Part shown: one piece after another, positions 1 through 13,215 of the stretch | How positions within the stretch are numbered: the stretch's first letter is position 1 | Layout of the letters: each line of letters begins with the position of its first letter | Assembly (NCBI RefSeq): GCF_009914755.1 | Contig: NC_060935.1 | Reading direction: 5' to 3' (one strand) | Origin: the human T2T-CHM13v2.0 reference genome, Homo sapiens | Length of the DNA: 64,000 nucleotides | The notes under the pieces: generated by a model | What the model was told of the DNA's origin: nothing | Database searches by the model: none | The model's input: the letters and a program-made list of their open reading frames with translations, nothing else | Made by a program: the position numbers and the translations under genes

Positions 1-181
1 ATTCTCTTGCTTCAGCCTCCCGAGAAGCTGGGATTACAGGGGCCCGCCACCACACCGGGCTAATTTTCGTATTTTTGGTAGAGACCGGGTTTCACTATGT
101 TGGCCAGGCTGGTCTCAAACTTGTGACCTTGCGATCCGCCCACCTCAGCCTCCCGAAGTGCTGGGATTACCGAGCCCGGCT
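1..181 (-). mobile_element. Alu (cut by window edge)
   Basis: Antisense Alu consensus. Confidence 0.92.
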
Positions 182-203
182 AAAATTTACTTTAAATGTT
201 TCA

Positions 204-473
<270 letters not shown>

Positions 474-584
474 GTTTGTCTTAAAAAAACAAACAACTTT
501 GTCTTAAAACAAACAAACAAACAAAAACACCAAAAACTTTTCTATATCGATATGCATGTGTGTATATATATATATATATATAAA

Positions 585-720
585 CAAAATGAGGAGTGAG
601 AAAACAAATATGACAAAATGTTGATGTTTGTTGAATCCAAGTAGAAAGCATGTAGCTATCCATTGCGTTATTTTTTCCAACTTTGCTGTAAGTTTGAAAA
701 TTTTCATAATACAAAATTGA
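585..720 (+). mobile_element. L1ME-like 3' fragment
   Basis: caaaatgttga..ttgttgaatc...tgtaagtttgaaaattttcataata. Confidence 0.5.
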
Positions 721-1789
721 GGGAAAAGCAGGTTTAGAAGATTTATAATGATTCATTAAATATTCATTTTCAGTACCAACAAGATTTTCACCATATGGTA
801 AATGTTGTTCTACTTGACCACATAATGTAATAGAGTTCAAAGAGCTCCACAAATCTTTGAAGCATTCTTTGAAAGATCACAAAAAAATCATAAGGGTAAA
901 ATACACTGCAACATTAAACGGAACTGGGACTAGTTCTACTTTTATTTATCTAGTAAACTAAAGTTTAATCTCAATAATCCACTTTTGTCTCACAATAAAA
1001 TTTCAACAAACTGGCAGCTAGGAAAAAAATTACTAACAAGTATAAAATAAGAACTTTACTCTTCTGAAAAAAAATTGTTCTTATACCTAGTTTTGTAAAA
1101 CTGACAAATTTTGTAAAATTTTCTAATTCCATTAGCATTAAAATTCACATTGACAGAATGTAAGATAATATACCTTTTAAAGGATAATACTATGTATCTT
1201 TATTCCTTGTAAAGGAAGTTGCCGCTGTGACTACGGGTTACAGATTGTTTCAGATTTGTTCTTTTTCCTTTTTTTTTTCCATCTGAAATGTTCAAACAGT
1301 AGAGACTGTGGGTCTGTTCTTTTTCAATGATCCTTCTTATCACTTTCATTAGTATGCTTCACTGTGATTGAGTTATGACTTCTCTTTGCTGAGTGTGGAG
1401 CCATTTATTTGAGTTAGTTTCCTTAAGCTCCTTCTGGGCTAGTTATTTTCCTCATCACGCTTTCACTGCCTTTGCCAGGGCCTGTTACAGTGTGCTGGAT
1501 GGCAGCAGTTCTAGCGCAGATGTACTCATCGCCTGGAAGCACGGATAATGAGCTCCACTCCTTTCATGCTCAGTAGAGCTCAAGCAACACGTAGAGACCT
1601 CCGTGCCAAATGGGAGAAGCCTTTCTCTACAAATCTGTGCAGACACCTCTACCGCAGAAGCTGAAGAATGATTTTTAGAAGATTATAAGGCACTCAAGTA
1701 TTAAAAACATTTGTTAGGTATCATCTGTGGGCTGATAGCATGCAAAGTGCAAGAGATACAAAGAAATAAGATTTAATCTAAAAGCTTAG

Positions 1790-2178
<389 letters not shown>

Positions 2179-2978
2179 TCACTGTGGTGTGGTCTTGGAG
2201 TTAGAGACTTTGCTGTTCATCCTGGGGCAAGTTGTCTGGGTGTTTTTGTTGGCTTTTTGTGGTTCTTGGTTTTTGTTTTCGCATTTTGGGGCTTCAACAA
2301 TCTCATCCTCATTATAAAATTCCTACCTCCAGGGTTAGTGTGAGGATTTGTAGGCCTCGTGGGACATGGACGGCGTGGTTGCTCAGTAAACATTTGCTTC
2401 CTTTCTGTGTGGTCAGTGGCTGCTTTGAAATCCAGCGGAGGCCACGCCCATGAGGGTTTCAGTGAGAGGTAAGAGAGGAACAGCACTTCCTCTTCTAATG
2501 CAGCTGCAAGCCTCTGAGCACACATGGGTGGAGTGTCAACAGCACTCTAGCTGTAATTGATTGTCATTATTGGTCGGAGGAGATTTCTTGTTCTAACTTT
2601 GAGTCATAGAGGTATAAAAATGTCTCGTGTCTAGAGCTTAAAATAACCCAAGTGAAACAATAGATGTTATTTCATTATTAGCATAGGACAGTGTCCGGCA
2701 CATGGTAAGGGTTTAATAAATGATAGTCATTATCGTTATCACTATCATCCTTAATTTTATACTTGGGAAAGGTGTAAAGCCTAAAAGTTAAATTATCCTA
2801 AGTCACACAGCTCATAAATGGCCTTTGGCTGGCCATTTGATTAATATTGCTGCTATAATTTATTAGATTGAAAATTTGATTAGGGCTGGATTGAGGTAAA
2901 TTTACTCAAAATTACTGTTGTATTTCCAGCATCTACAGCAGCACAGAAATATAACAGATACTTATGAATATTTGTTGA

Positions 2979-2979
<1 letters not shown>

Positions 2980-3021
<42 letters not shown>
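2980..3021. repeat. (TG)n microsatellite
   Basis: About 21 perfect TG units. Confidence 0.97.
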
Positions 3022-3024
<3 letters not shown>

Positions 3025-3044
3025 AGCATGGCCTTTTTACCAAG

Positions 3045-3560
<516 letters not shown>

Positions 3561-3882
3561 TGGTGGAGGCTGCTTCTTTTCATTTTGTCTCCTTTTCCTG
3601 TGCTCTTTATGAAGTTTTCTGTCAGAGTTAGCAAACATCATGATTTGCCACAAGAGGGCAATACTAAATTGAAATCAAAATCTGTGCTAAAAAATGTCTT
3701 TTCCTAAATTAAGTGATTACCTCTCTCCCTCTCCTTTTTCCTTCTCCCCACCCCTCATAAATGTAGTTAGTTGTTGAGTATTTCTTGCTTAGACTTCTGT
3801 TCTTTTCCTTCAACCCATTCATCCGAAATCTGTCATCATAATAAAATCTAGATTTGGCAGGGACTTTAGAAGTTATATTGTG

Positions 3883-4000
3883 CAGTGGCTCACACCTGTA
3901 ATCCTAGCACTTTGGGAGGCTGAGGTGGGAGGATTGCTTGAGTTTAGGAGTTCAAGACCAGCCTGGGCAACATAGCCAGACACCATCTCTTAGAAAAAAA
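3883..4000 (+). mobile_element. Alu monomer (FLAM-like)
   Basis: Left monomer only with A tail; TSD agt(t/c)atattgt. Confidence 0.85.
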
Positions 4001-4959
4001 GAGTCATATTGTCACATAGAACAAATTCCACTCTCTGCAGCTATTCTTCCCCTCTAGTTGACCTTGACTTCTGCTTCTGTGTCCCCCTCCGTTAAGCTAA
4101 CACAACAGCCCTGAGTGTTTGTGCTGCACTTTTCTTTCTGAGAAAGTGCCTCTTAATTATTCTAACTTTACCTCAAACTCAGCATAGGAGACTAAACCTA
4201 AAATGTATATTTCTTCTAAAAAAAATAACACTTCTGAGTTGTATAGGCTTAAATCTCAGAGTTATGTTGGATTCTACCTCATCCACAAAAATCACACTAT
4301 ATTTCCTTCCTTTATTTAATCTGCTTACTGCCCATCTGTTGCCCAATCTCATGTGTACTTACCCCGTCTAAATTCTCTTTTCTCATCTCTCAGTCATTTG
4401 ACTTTTTGGTCTTCCAACCATTGCTCTTTAGTCCATCTATTGGATAATGAGCTCTTGGAATCCATAGACTCATACAATGTGGGCTATGTTCTGTACTCTT
4501 CCTGTGAGAGACTCCCATTTCCTACCCCCAGACAAAGCGAAGTTTCTTTTTCAACCCGGACTACATTTAGCATTTGTCTGTGCTTCATGACAACCATGGA
4601 GAGGAAGCAGGGAGAGCTGTATGCATTTGAGAGGGGCTCTACAATTTGTGAGAGCATTTTTTTTAAACTGGAAAAGACAATGTTACTAAGTCACATAGGC
4701 TCCTGTCACTAATGATGTGTACATTTGCCCATCAGAAATGCAGTGTCATACACCAACTAATTTTATGAGAAATAGTGATGTTAAGAGCATTGTGTGTGAC
4801 AATAATAATACTTCTAATAAGGCAGAATAAAAAGATCTCGCCCTCTAAGGGCTTAATCTGAACTTCATTTTTTGGCTGTCAGAAGAGTATTTTAGAAAAT
4901 TAAGTCAAAAATTAAGTAGGTTCAAATGCTTGTTTCTTTTTGTTTATTTGTTTTGGGTT

Positions 4960-5260
<301 letters not shown>

Positions 5261-5332
5261 CCTCATATGGGTTTTAAATGTATATCTAATTCTTATTTCT
5301 TCTTTGCTTCTCTTTTTGATGACTGAATCATC

Positions 5333-5455
5333 TAAGTGAAATAAGACAGACACATTGTGCAAATATTGTATAATTTCATTTATATGAGATACCTACATTG
5401 TCAAATTCATAGAGACAGAAAGTACAATGGTTACCAGGAGCTGGGAGGAGGGGAA
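5333..5455 (+). mobile_element. L1M 3'UTR fragment
   Basis: taagtgaaataagacagacac...tcaaattcatagagacagaaagta...ggttaccagg. Confidence 0.7.
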
Positions 5456-7035
5456 ACCAAGAAGAAACACTTGGTTTCTGTTTAGTCATCTCTTACCAGG
5501 CTTGAACTTAACCTCAGATCAGCTGAGTCTGGGTGGTCTAAATCTACATAACTAATTGAAAAGTAATAATAGCTTGACAATAACACTTACTGAGTACATA
5601 CGAAGTGCCAGGCTTAAGTGTCAGACATGATCTACGTCAAGAAACAGTTTTAGGCAGATTTACAAATGCCATATTAGTTTACTATCCTCTACTATCTATT
5701 TGCTCTCAAAAGCAAGTAAACAAAGCCCACATATCCCATTCCAGAATCAGGAAAACAAAGAGACATTTCTCTGTGCCAAAGAGCCTGTCAGCCAATAATA
5801 TTTGCGAAGCTTACCACGCAGCTTACGGTGTCATGTGTTATGAAGTGGAAATTTCTGGACAGGCTATATTTCAATCCATTACATTTGTTTATGAAAACAG
5901 GCTTGCAGGTATTGCTGATCTTTTATATAGAAAGTCTATTCTCTAGGAAAGAATCTGGTTCAGTTAATTATGATGGAGAGAATCATGCATGGAAACAACA
6001 GTTCAAAACCGACAGTAAACCCACCTCAAAGCAAAAGCATTTCTGGTTTTTCTCAAGTAGCTGTGTTAATGTGGCATAAGAGAAAGCCTGACTAGCAGGT
6101 ATAATTAAAGTATGAATCATAGGAATAAGCATGAGTAACTATGAAAACACCTACAAGAAATAAGCCCATTATAACATGATAAACTTTAGGGAATCATGAG
6201 TGAAGGGTAGGAGAAAAAATCCTAATTCCATGTAAATGCAATGATGGGCCTGAGTGGAAACATATTGATAAACAATAGCATCAATGTATTATTAGTACAG
6301 CATCTGTGTGAGGCTGTGGAACATAGCATATTCTGCCTTATGCTTTATGGGTACTTATTTTCCACATTTCCTTTTTCTGAGAACTGCTTGAGGTCACGGA
6401 TAATGCTTCTGTCTTTTTATAGAAATCACTTCCCCACCCAGACCTTAGTAATGTAGACAGTAGACATAAAACATATCATTACATACATGAATGGGCAAAT
6501 GATAACCTGTATCATAGAATGTACAATACATCTGCCCTGGCATGTAACACTTTTAAAGAAAACTAAACATTGACATCCAACATATTAAATGCAACTTATG
6601 AAACACCAATGATGCATTTTTAAAGACTTAATCACAGTACGATGATTTAATGAAAAACAAGAAGAGAATGTTATATTTTATCGTTTCGTATCTCAGCAGT
6701 TTGGCACTGGATTCAGTTGATAGGAACAGCAACATGGCAAAAGTTGAAAGGAAACTGTTTGGCCTGGGTGATTTTTTTGTCTTTCAGGCAGAGTAATGAG
6801 TAAATACAAAATCACCTCTGGTGAGACACAGTCCACTGGTGTTTATGTCATGTCATTTCATTAACTGACAAACAGAATTACTGCCTCTCCCTTCCCCAAA
6901 CCTGCAAAAGAAAAAAAAAATTGAAGAGTATTTAGTTAACAAAAACAAATTTAACACTTGGAGTTAAAATGGCTCTAATAGTGACTGGTCATTTTGCCAA
7001 TATGGGGCCAAAGATGTGAATATGGATGGAAGGTG

Positions 7036-7329
7036 TTTTGAGATGGAGTCGTTCTGTCACTCAGGCTGGAGTGCGGTGGAGTAATCTCGTAATCTCGGCT
7101 CATGGCAATCTCCGCCTCCCGGATTCCAGTGACTCTCCTGCCTCAGCCTCCCAAGTAGCTGGGACTACAGGCGTGCGCCACCAGGCCCAGCTAATTTTTG
7201 TATTTTTTAGTAGAAACTGGGTTTCACCGTGTTGGCCAGTATGGTCTCCAACTCCTGACCTCAAGTGATTCTCCTGCATCAGCCTCCCAGAATGCTGGTA
7301 TTACAGGCGTTAAGTCAGTGCGCCTGGCC
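7036..7329 (-). mobile_element. Alu with very short tail
   Basis: Antisense dimer. Confidence 0.9.
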
Positions 7330-8610
7330 CATACTGTTTACATTATCTTATCTGTTTTAGGTTTACATGTTATTTTTAATGTTCCTGTACATTTAAAAAA
7401 TTGAAACCAAGAATCTTGACTGGCTCTGAAACTTAATTGGGAAAAATGTAAAGCACTTTAGTGGAATTTTTCCCATGATCTGTAGAATAGTTTTTAAACA
7501 GATGGTTCATATGGACAAAGCAATGAAAATGCAGAAATTAAAAGCAGATCCTTAAGAACAATATCCGAGTTCTCAGAAATCCTATAGATGATGTCAGGAC
7601 GAGATGTAAAGCAGTCGTTTCTTTTGCTGTCAAGGTTTTAAGAGAACAGAAATTTATTAGGTGAACCTCCACCGGAGGAAGGATAAAGCCTGTGGGTAGG
7701 AGTTAACTATTTATTTCAAACTCCAGTCCACTTCAACAATTTGAAAATTTTCCCGCTCCTAGGACAATTCCATCCAGGTGCCAATAGGAGATACTACTAT
7801 TGTGATGCAAATAGGTATTCTACTAGAAGTAGGAGCACGTAAGCAGAGTGAGGATGACTTGAAAAATCGTCCCACCTTCCCAGCTATCGAGTGGGGGCAG
7901 GGGGAAGAAACACCTCCAGGCTGGATCATTGAAGCTGAGGGGTGGGAGAGCGACGGGACAATTTTTCAACGTGGAATTCAAATGCATTCGGTGGGGAAGT
8001 GTGAAGTAAAATCTAAACGAACGCTAGACAGTAGTATCTTCCATCTACGCTTCAAAATACTCAGACTTTAGGGAAACTTAACGTTGGTTTTTCTCCCAGA
8101 GAATTGTAGGGAGTGGGTGGAGGGGACACTGTTAGGGGAGGTATATTGGGAGTCAGATCCTTTTGTGGAGCGAGGGACCCCGAAGTGTCACCAAGGGCTA
8201 GCCGAAACCAGGGGCCCAAGAGGGGACAGGGCTAACACCCCAGCCAAGGCCGGAGCGCAAGCGCGGGGCTGCAGCGCGGGGAGCCCTGGAGCCCAGTGCG
8301 GGCGGACGGGTGGGGCAGGAGGGCAAAGGGGCGAAGGGGCGGGGTGGCGCTGGGTGGGAGCGCGGCGGCGGGGAGGAGGGTCTGGGAGCCCGGGTGCGAT
8401 TTGCAAGCGCTCTGAGCCTGCGTCCGCCGAGGGGGAGGGTTTCCCCAGCCCGGCCGGAGTTGCGGCTGTGCGCTGCTTCTGGCTCACAACGCCGACGACT
8501 GTCAAGAGAGTTGGGGAGTGGAACTGCCGGAAGTGTCTGCGCGCCGTGAGAGAAACTTTCCTGCTCCGGCCGCGGCCCGGAGCCTCGCCGCCCCCGCGTT
8601 CCGAACGACG

Positions 8611-8700
8611 ATGCGTCCAGATGACAACAACCTGAGGGGACTCGCGCCTCGGCCCGCCGCCCGCGCCTGCGCTCGCCTAGCCTCGGGGGAGGAAGACTGA
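8611..8700 (+). other. Candidate uORF1, 29 aa ([29 protein letters not shown])
   Basis: acgATGc at 8611 (A at -3), stop TGA 8698-8700, upstream of main ATG; requires a TSS upstream of 8611. Confidence 0.5.
8621..8635 (+). other. Candidate uORF2 (MTTT*)
   Basis: ATG ACA ACA ACC TGA in weak context, overlapping uORF1 in another frame. Confidence 0.4.
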
Positions 8701-8876
8701 GCCCGGCGCAGGCGGCGCGGCGCTCGGGGCCCGTTTCCTCCGCGCAATCAGTCCCCTCGCGTCCCGGCGCCTTCCCCGCGATCGCGCGACCCCAGCGCCC
8801 GCCGCGGCCGCCGGCTGCCCCCGCCCTGACCTCCGGCCCGGACGTGTCCGCGGCCGCCGCTGGCAGCGCCTGTGCC

Positions 8877-9030
8877 ATGGGGCTGCCCACTCTGGAGTTC
8901 AGCGATTCCTACTTGGACAGCCCAGATTTCAGGGAGCGCTTGCAGTGTCACGAGATTGAGCTGGAGCGAACCAACAAGTTCATCAAGGAGCTCATTAAGG
9001 ACGGCTCTCTGCTCATTGGGGCGTTGAGGA
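8877..9030 (+). CDS. ARHGAP42: Rho GTPase-activating protein 42 (GRAF3), first coding exon (start of BAR domain); 51 codons + 1 nt, phase-1 intron follows
   Basis: Strong Kozak gccATGG at 8877; translation [51 protein letters not shown] matches the recognised GRAF/oligophrenin-family N-terminus of ARHGAP42; canonical donor GA|GTAAGT at 9030/9031; lies within a CpG island. Confidence 0.96.
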
Positions 9031-11197
9031 GTAAGTAGGGCTGGCGGGGGAGTGGACACCCGCATCTGGAGAGTCCCCGCGGGGTGCGGGTCCGAAGGGT
9101 GGGTTGGAGGAGTCGGAGCTTCTTTTGTTTGAATGGATTTGGGGACAAAAGCTGAAGAGCTCCCCTGCTGGTGGCCAACAAAGTTTGTTCTTGAGGTGTT
9201 CTTTACTTACTCACATGTCTACAGGGATGGGGAAAGTTCTCTACAGGGCACTGGAATATATCCTGAGGAAAGTCGTTCAAAGTCATCTCGTTGTGTAATG
9301 CTCCTAGGAAGATGTTGGGGACTTTAATTTTTTTTTTTTAATTTATTGTGTCTATTAATAGTTTGAACTAAAAAAGCCCTTAAGGGGGGAATCAAGAGTT
9401 TGTCTTAAAGATAAAATTAGGCTAGTTTAGTGATATTGAAAGAAAATTATTAATGTCTCTCATACGTCAGTGGCTCTTCATTGGACACAGTCATTGAGTT
9501 GGCTTTTTAAAAAGCATACATTTGCAGTTTTGCCATTTTGTAAGATAATGGAAGACAGCAAGGCACCAGTGCATTTTAACTCTGCAAGTTTTCTGTGCGT
9601 CTTAGTTTTGGTTTGCATTGTGTGGGTGTTGGGTGTGTCATTGGGATGAAAGTTAAGGGGTTAAAGGCCAATCAGAACTTTTGATGATCTGTAGAATATA
9701 AAGACTGTTATAGTCTATAATATAGGGCTTCTTCCACCTCCTTTCCCATACACCTCTTGATCAAATTTTCCTTCCTCCTTTTATCCTCTGGATCTTAGCT
9801 TTCAATTCCTAAGACCTAAGAGTATCTGAAACTGAAGAGTTTCTCTTACAGAGAATTGAGCACAATTACATGATATGGCTTGTTACCTTTCCCAGGAGGT
9901 ATTTGCATCTTTTAAAAAATTTATTTTTATTTATTTATGTATTTATTTATTTTCCATCTTCAAAGGAGCCTGTGAAAAGTATTTGCATCTTAATAGAGGC
10001 TTCTGGATGTTTTAGCTACTGAAATGAAGCCGTGGAATCTCTGGTCACTTAAAGCTGGGTGAGTGAGGTACTTTCAAAAGGTAGAGAGACCTTTGGGTGA
10101 TCTAGTTACCCCCAGGACATATATGGGGGCATCATCTTTGTATAACAACATGATAGGGATGTGTGCGCCTAAAACTGAGACAATACTAGTATCGGATCTA
10201 TATTTTGAAACATGTATTAACAGTAAGGAGAGAGCTTAGCAAGATGTCTTGAAATTAATGTGCTCCAAAATATCTTTTAATCATCCCAAATGTTAAAACA
10301 TTTACTTAACCACTTGTGTTACTTAACCAAGGTAAAGATAATATATTTTATGCCCATATTCACTTAATTTCTGAATTTGAGGCTACTACTAATAATGGTA
10401 TTTACTGTGATTTGTGAAAAATATAGTTTGTCTGCAATTCTTGCCACCCTACATAAACACTAATGTGAACTGTCCTTCCTCTGGCTTGCAAATCCTGGTT
10501 AAAGTCTCGCGGGACTAACCTCTTTGCATCTAAGAGAGCATGATGCCTCTTCAAAAAGAGCTGCATCTCAGAGTGTCAAATGCCAAGCCAGTTCTTGTTG
10601 GAGGTGCCAGATATTCTACATTTTTCTCCCCGCTCTGCTTGAGATAAACTTTAGTGTTTCAGAAGGTCAAAATACTTACATACCTGTGATAAATGCTCTG
10701 ACATGTACATTATATTACGAGTGACATTACATACTTTATTATGATGGTTGAATCTAGCTTTGTAAAAGTCAGGTGATTCCCATCATTATAGTTTTGTTCT
10801 TCCATTCATAAGTGAAGAAATCTTGGGAGCGTAGGCTCTTTGAAGATATAGGCCCTGCATCATTAATTTGGCTTATGCACTTAATTATACAACCTGCTAT
10901 CTTTCTAGGATTCTTAAGTTTGTGGTGAGAGTGTATTACTTTAACTAACGTTTGATTATTACTTCTTTCATTGTGAAAAGGAAAAGATTTTATTCCTTGG
11001 TAAAAGGATTCCTAACAGCAGCTGCCAAATGGGAGGGATTTTGGAGCAAAGGAACCCTTGAAGTCACACTGTAGCACTGATTTTTTTCGTACCAAGCCAC
11101 CTTTTGTCCCTTAGGAAGGATGCTCTGAGGCTGGGCTGCAGCTGCTTGGATAGGAGGAGTGTGTCAGAAAGGATTTGAAGCCTGCTTGGTTCTATCA

Positions 11198-11329
11198 CTG
11201 GCTGCCCCTGCCCTGACCACTAGCCCAGACATGTCCCCTGGCATAGCTGGCAGTGCTTGTACCATGGGGCTGACCATTCCACTGTGGGAGCGTCCCTGTA
11301 CCATAAGTCTGCCCACTCCACTAAGGGAG
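11198..11329 (+). pseudogene. Decayed partial copy of ARHGAP42 exon 1 (5'UTR end + first codons), with internal 39-bp tandem duplication
   Basis: 11198-11279 aligns without gaps to 8811-8892 at 64/82 identity; all 10 source CpGs are mutated; 11258-11290 and 11297-11329 match at 26/33. Confidence 0.85.
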
Positions 11330-11773
11330 TCCTTCTTCCCCCAGTCTGTCTTTTCTGTTTTTCTTTCCTGCCTGGGGAGGACTTCACCTTCCCTAACTTT
11401 ATATAGACTATTTCAATAGATGTATCCATTACCCGTTTCAGTTTTTTTAGCACGGCACTGTTATTTTTATTAATAATTAATGCATTCTTAATGTAACCTT
11501 ATTAAGCAATTATCAGTGTATTTCTAAGCATATTATATTATTTTTATCCCTGTTGTTAACTTTTCCCGTGAGAGTTTTGACTTGCACTCTCTTAGGTAAT
11601 ACACGCCTGACTATTCCAATAAGAGTCACACATGCTCCTTGCTCTGTGGTTCAAGTTGTAATTTCTTCAGTAGACTATTTGGAAGGCTCCTTTAAATTGA
11701 ACTAGAAGATTTCAATTGAACTAGATAATTTCAATTTTAAATAATACATATAACATACTTAACACGTGTTTAA

Positions 11774-12097
<324 letters not shown>

Positions 12098-12717
12098 AAC
12101 ATCCATTATTACGTTTCAGATTCATGTCCACTTGGAGAAAAAGGATAATGGTTAATTAAGTGTATCGACCTAGACTTGGATTTGACTTTTGGTGTTATCA
12201 AGTACAGTGTGATAGTTGGCAAGTAAGTTAACCTCTCTTAGTCCTAACTTTCATGTGAAGTGAGGAAAATCTATACAAATCTTACCATTAGGATTGTTTG
12301 CTCATTTTGTTATATGCCACATAGATATTTTGTGAGTGATGTTTGAAAATATTCTTACTGGTGAATAGTTTTAGTTAATGGTGTATGACTGAACATCTCT
12401 ACCCTTTTCATCAAATATAATTCTTTGAACTGTATCCTTTTAACAGGTCTCAGTCTTAAAATTTGAGCTGTGAAAAAGTAGGTTACTTTTGCTTATTAAT
12501 TTTTTTTCCTTTTAGGAATTATATTCAAAGAAACATTTCAAAATTGATTTTTTATATAATTTGCCTTTTACTTTTTCTTGTCTTTATACTTTTGAATTCA
12601 AAGAGTCATCTTTAAGTAAAATGAGCTTTCTCCTTGTAATAATACACAGACCCCAAAAAAGAGACAAAAAGAGAATAGACAGAAATAAACAGAATAGAAA
12701 CTTGATAAGCAAGGAGA

Positions 12718-13020
12718 TTTTTATTTATTTATTTATTTTGAGACAGGGTCACTCTGTCATGGAGTGCAGTGATACAGACACGGCTCACTGCAGCCTCTAC
12801 CTCCCAGGCTCAGGTGATCCTCCCACCTCAGCCTCCCCAGTAGCTGGGACCATAGGAATGCACCACCAGGCCAGGCTAATTTTTGATATTTTTTGTAGAG
12901 TCGAGGTTTTCACCTTGAGGTTGTCCAGGCTGGTCTCATCAAACCCCTGGGTTCAAGCGATCTGCCTGCCTCCACCTCCCAAAGTGCTGAGATTACAGGT
13001 GTGAGCCACTATATCCAGTG
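12718..13020 (-). mobile_element. Alu (AluJ-like)
   Basis: gagacagggtc, ctgcagcctc, ggctcaggtgatcctccc. Confidence 0.9.
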
Positions 13021-13024
13021 CCAC

Positions 13025-13215
13025 AAGATTTTAAGTGTTCTAACCACACACACAAAAGTGATAAGTTTATGGGGTAATGATCATATTAGCATGATTTAGC
13101 CATTCCACAATGTATCAAATATATATAACATCATGTTATGTCTATCAAAACATTATATTATACACCATAAATACATACAACTTTTATTTGTCAATAAAAA
13201 ATAAAAAAAGAAATA
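13025..13215 (+). mobile_element. L1MA 3' end with A-rich tail
   Basis: gattttaagtgttctaaccac...gatttagccattccacaatgta...tttgtcaataaaa. Confidence 0.75.

Larger units (their letters stand above)
8200..9110. promoter_or_regulatory. CpG island promoter and 5'UTR of ARHGAP42
   Basis: Very GC- and CpG-rich relative to flanks; Sp1-type GGGGCGGGG at 8336-8344; ETS/GABP-type CCGGAAGTG at 8527-8535; no obvious TATA box. Confidence 0.92.
5400..9150 (-). ncRNA. Possible antisense lncRNA from the bidirectional CpG promoter (ARHGAP42-AS1 region)
   Basis: Recollection that an antisense lncRNA is annotated at the ARHGAP42 promoter; boundaries cannot be derived from the sequence and are approximate. Confidence 0.3.

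Noticed and set aside
8198-8890. 230-aa minus-strand ORF, 183-aa plus-strand ORF (8084-8635) and other ORFs over the CpG island
   Set aside because: Ala/Gly/Pro/Arg-rich low-complexity translations expected from stop-poor GC-rich DNA; no recognisable domain
9161-9177. CTCF-like sequence just downstream of exon 1
   Set aside because: Core spacing is one base short of the consensus in either register
11695-11736. 19-bp tandem duplication (aattgaactaga..atttc) and similar micro-duplications near 10302, 26130 and 35821
   Set aside because: Ordinary slippage products; two or three adjacent copies without unique spacers, so not CRISPR-like
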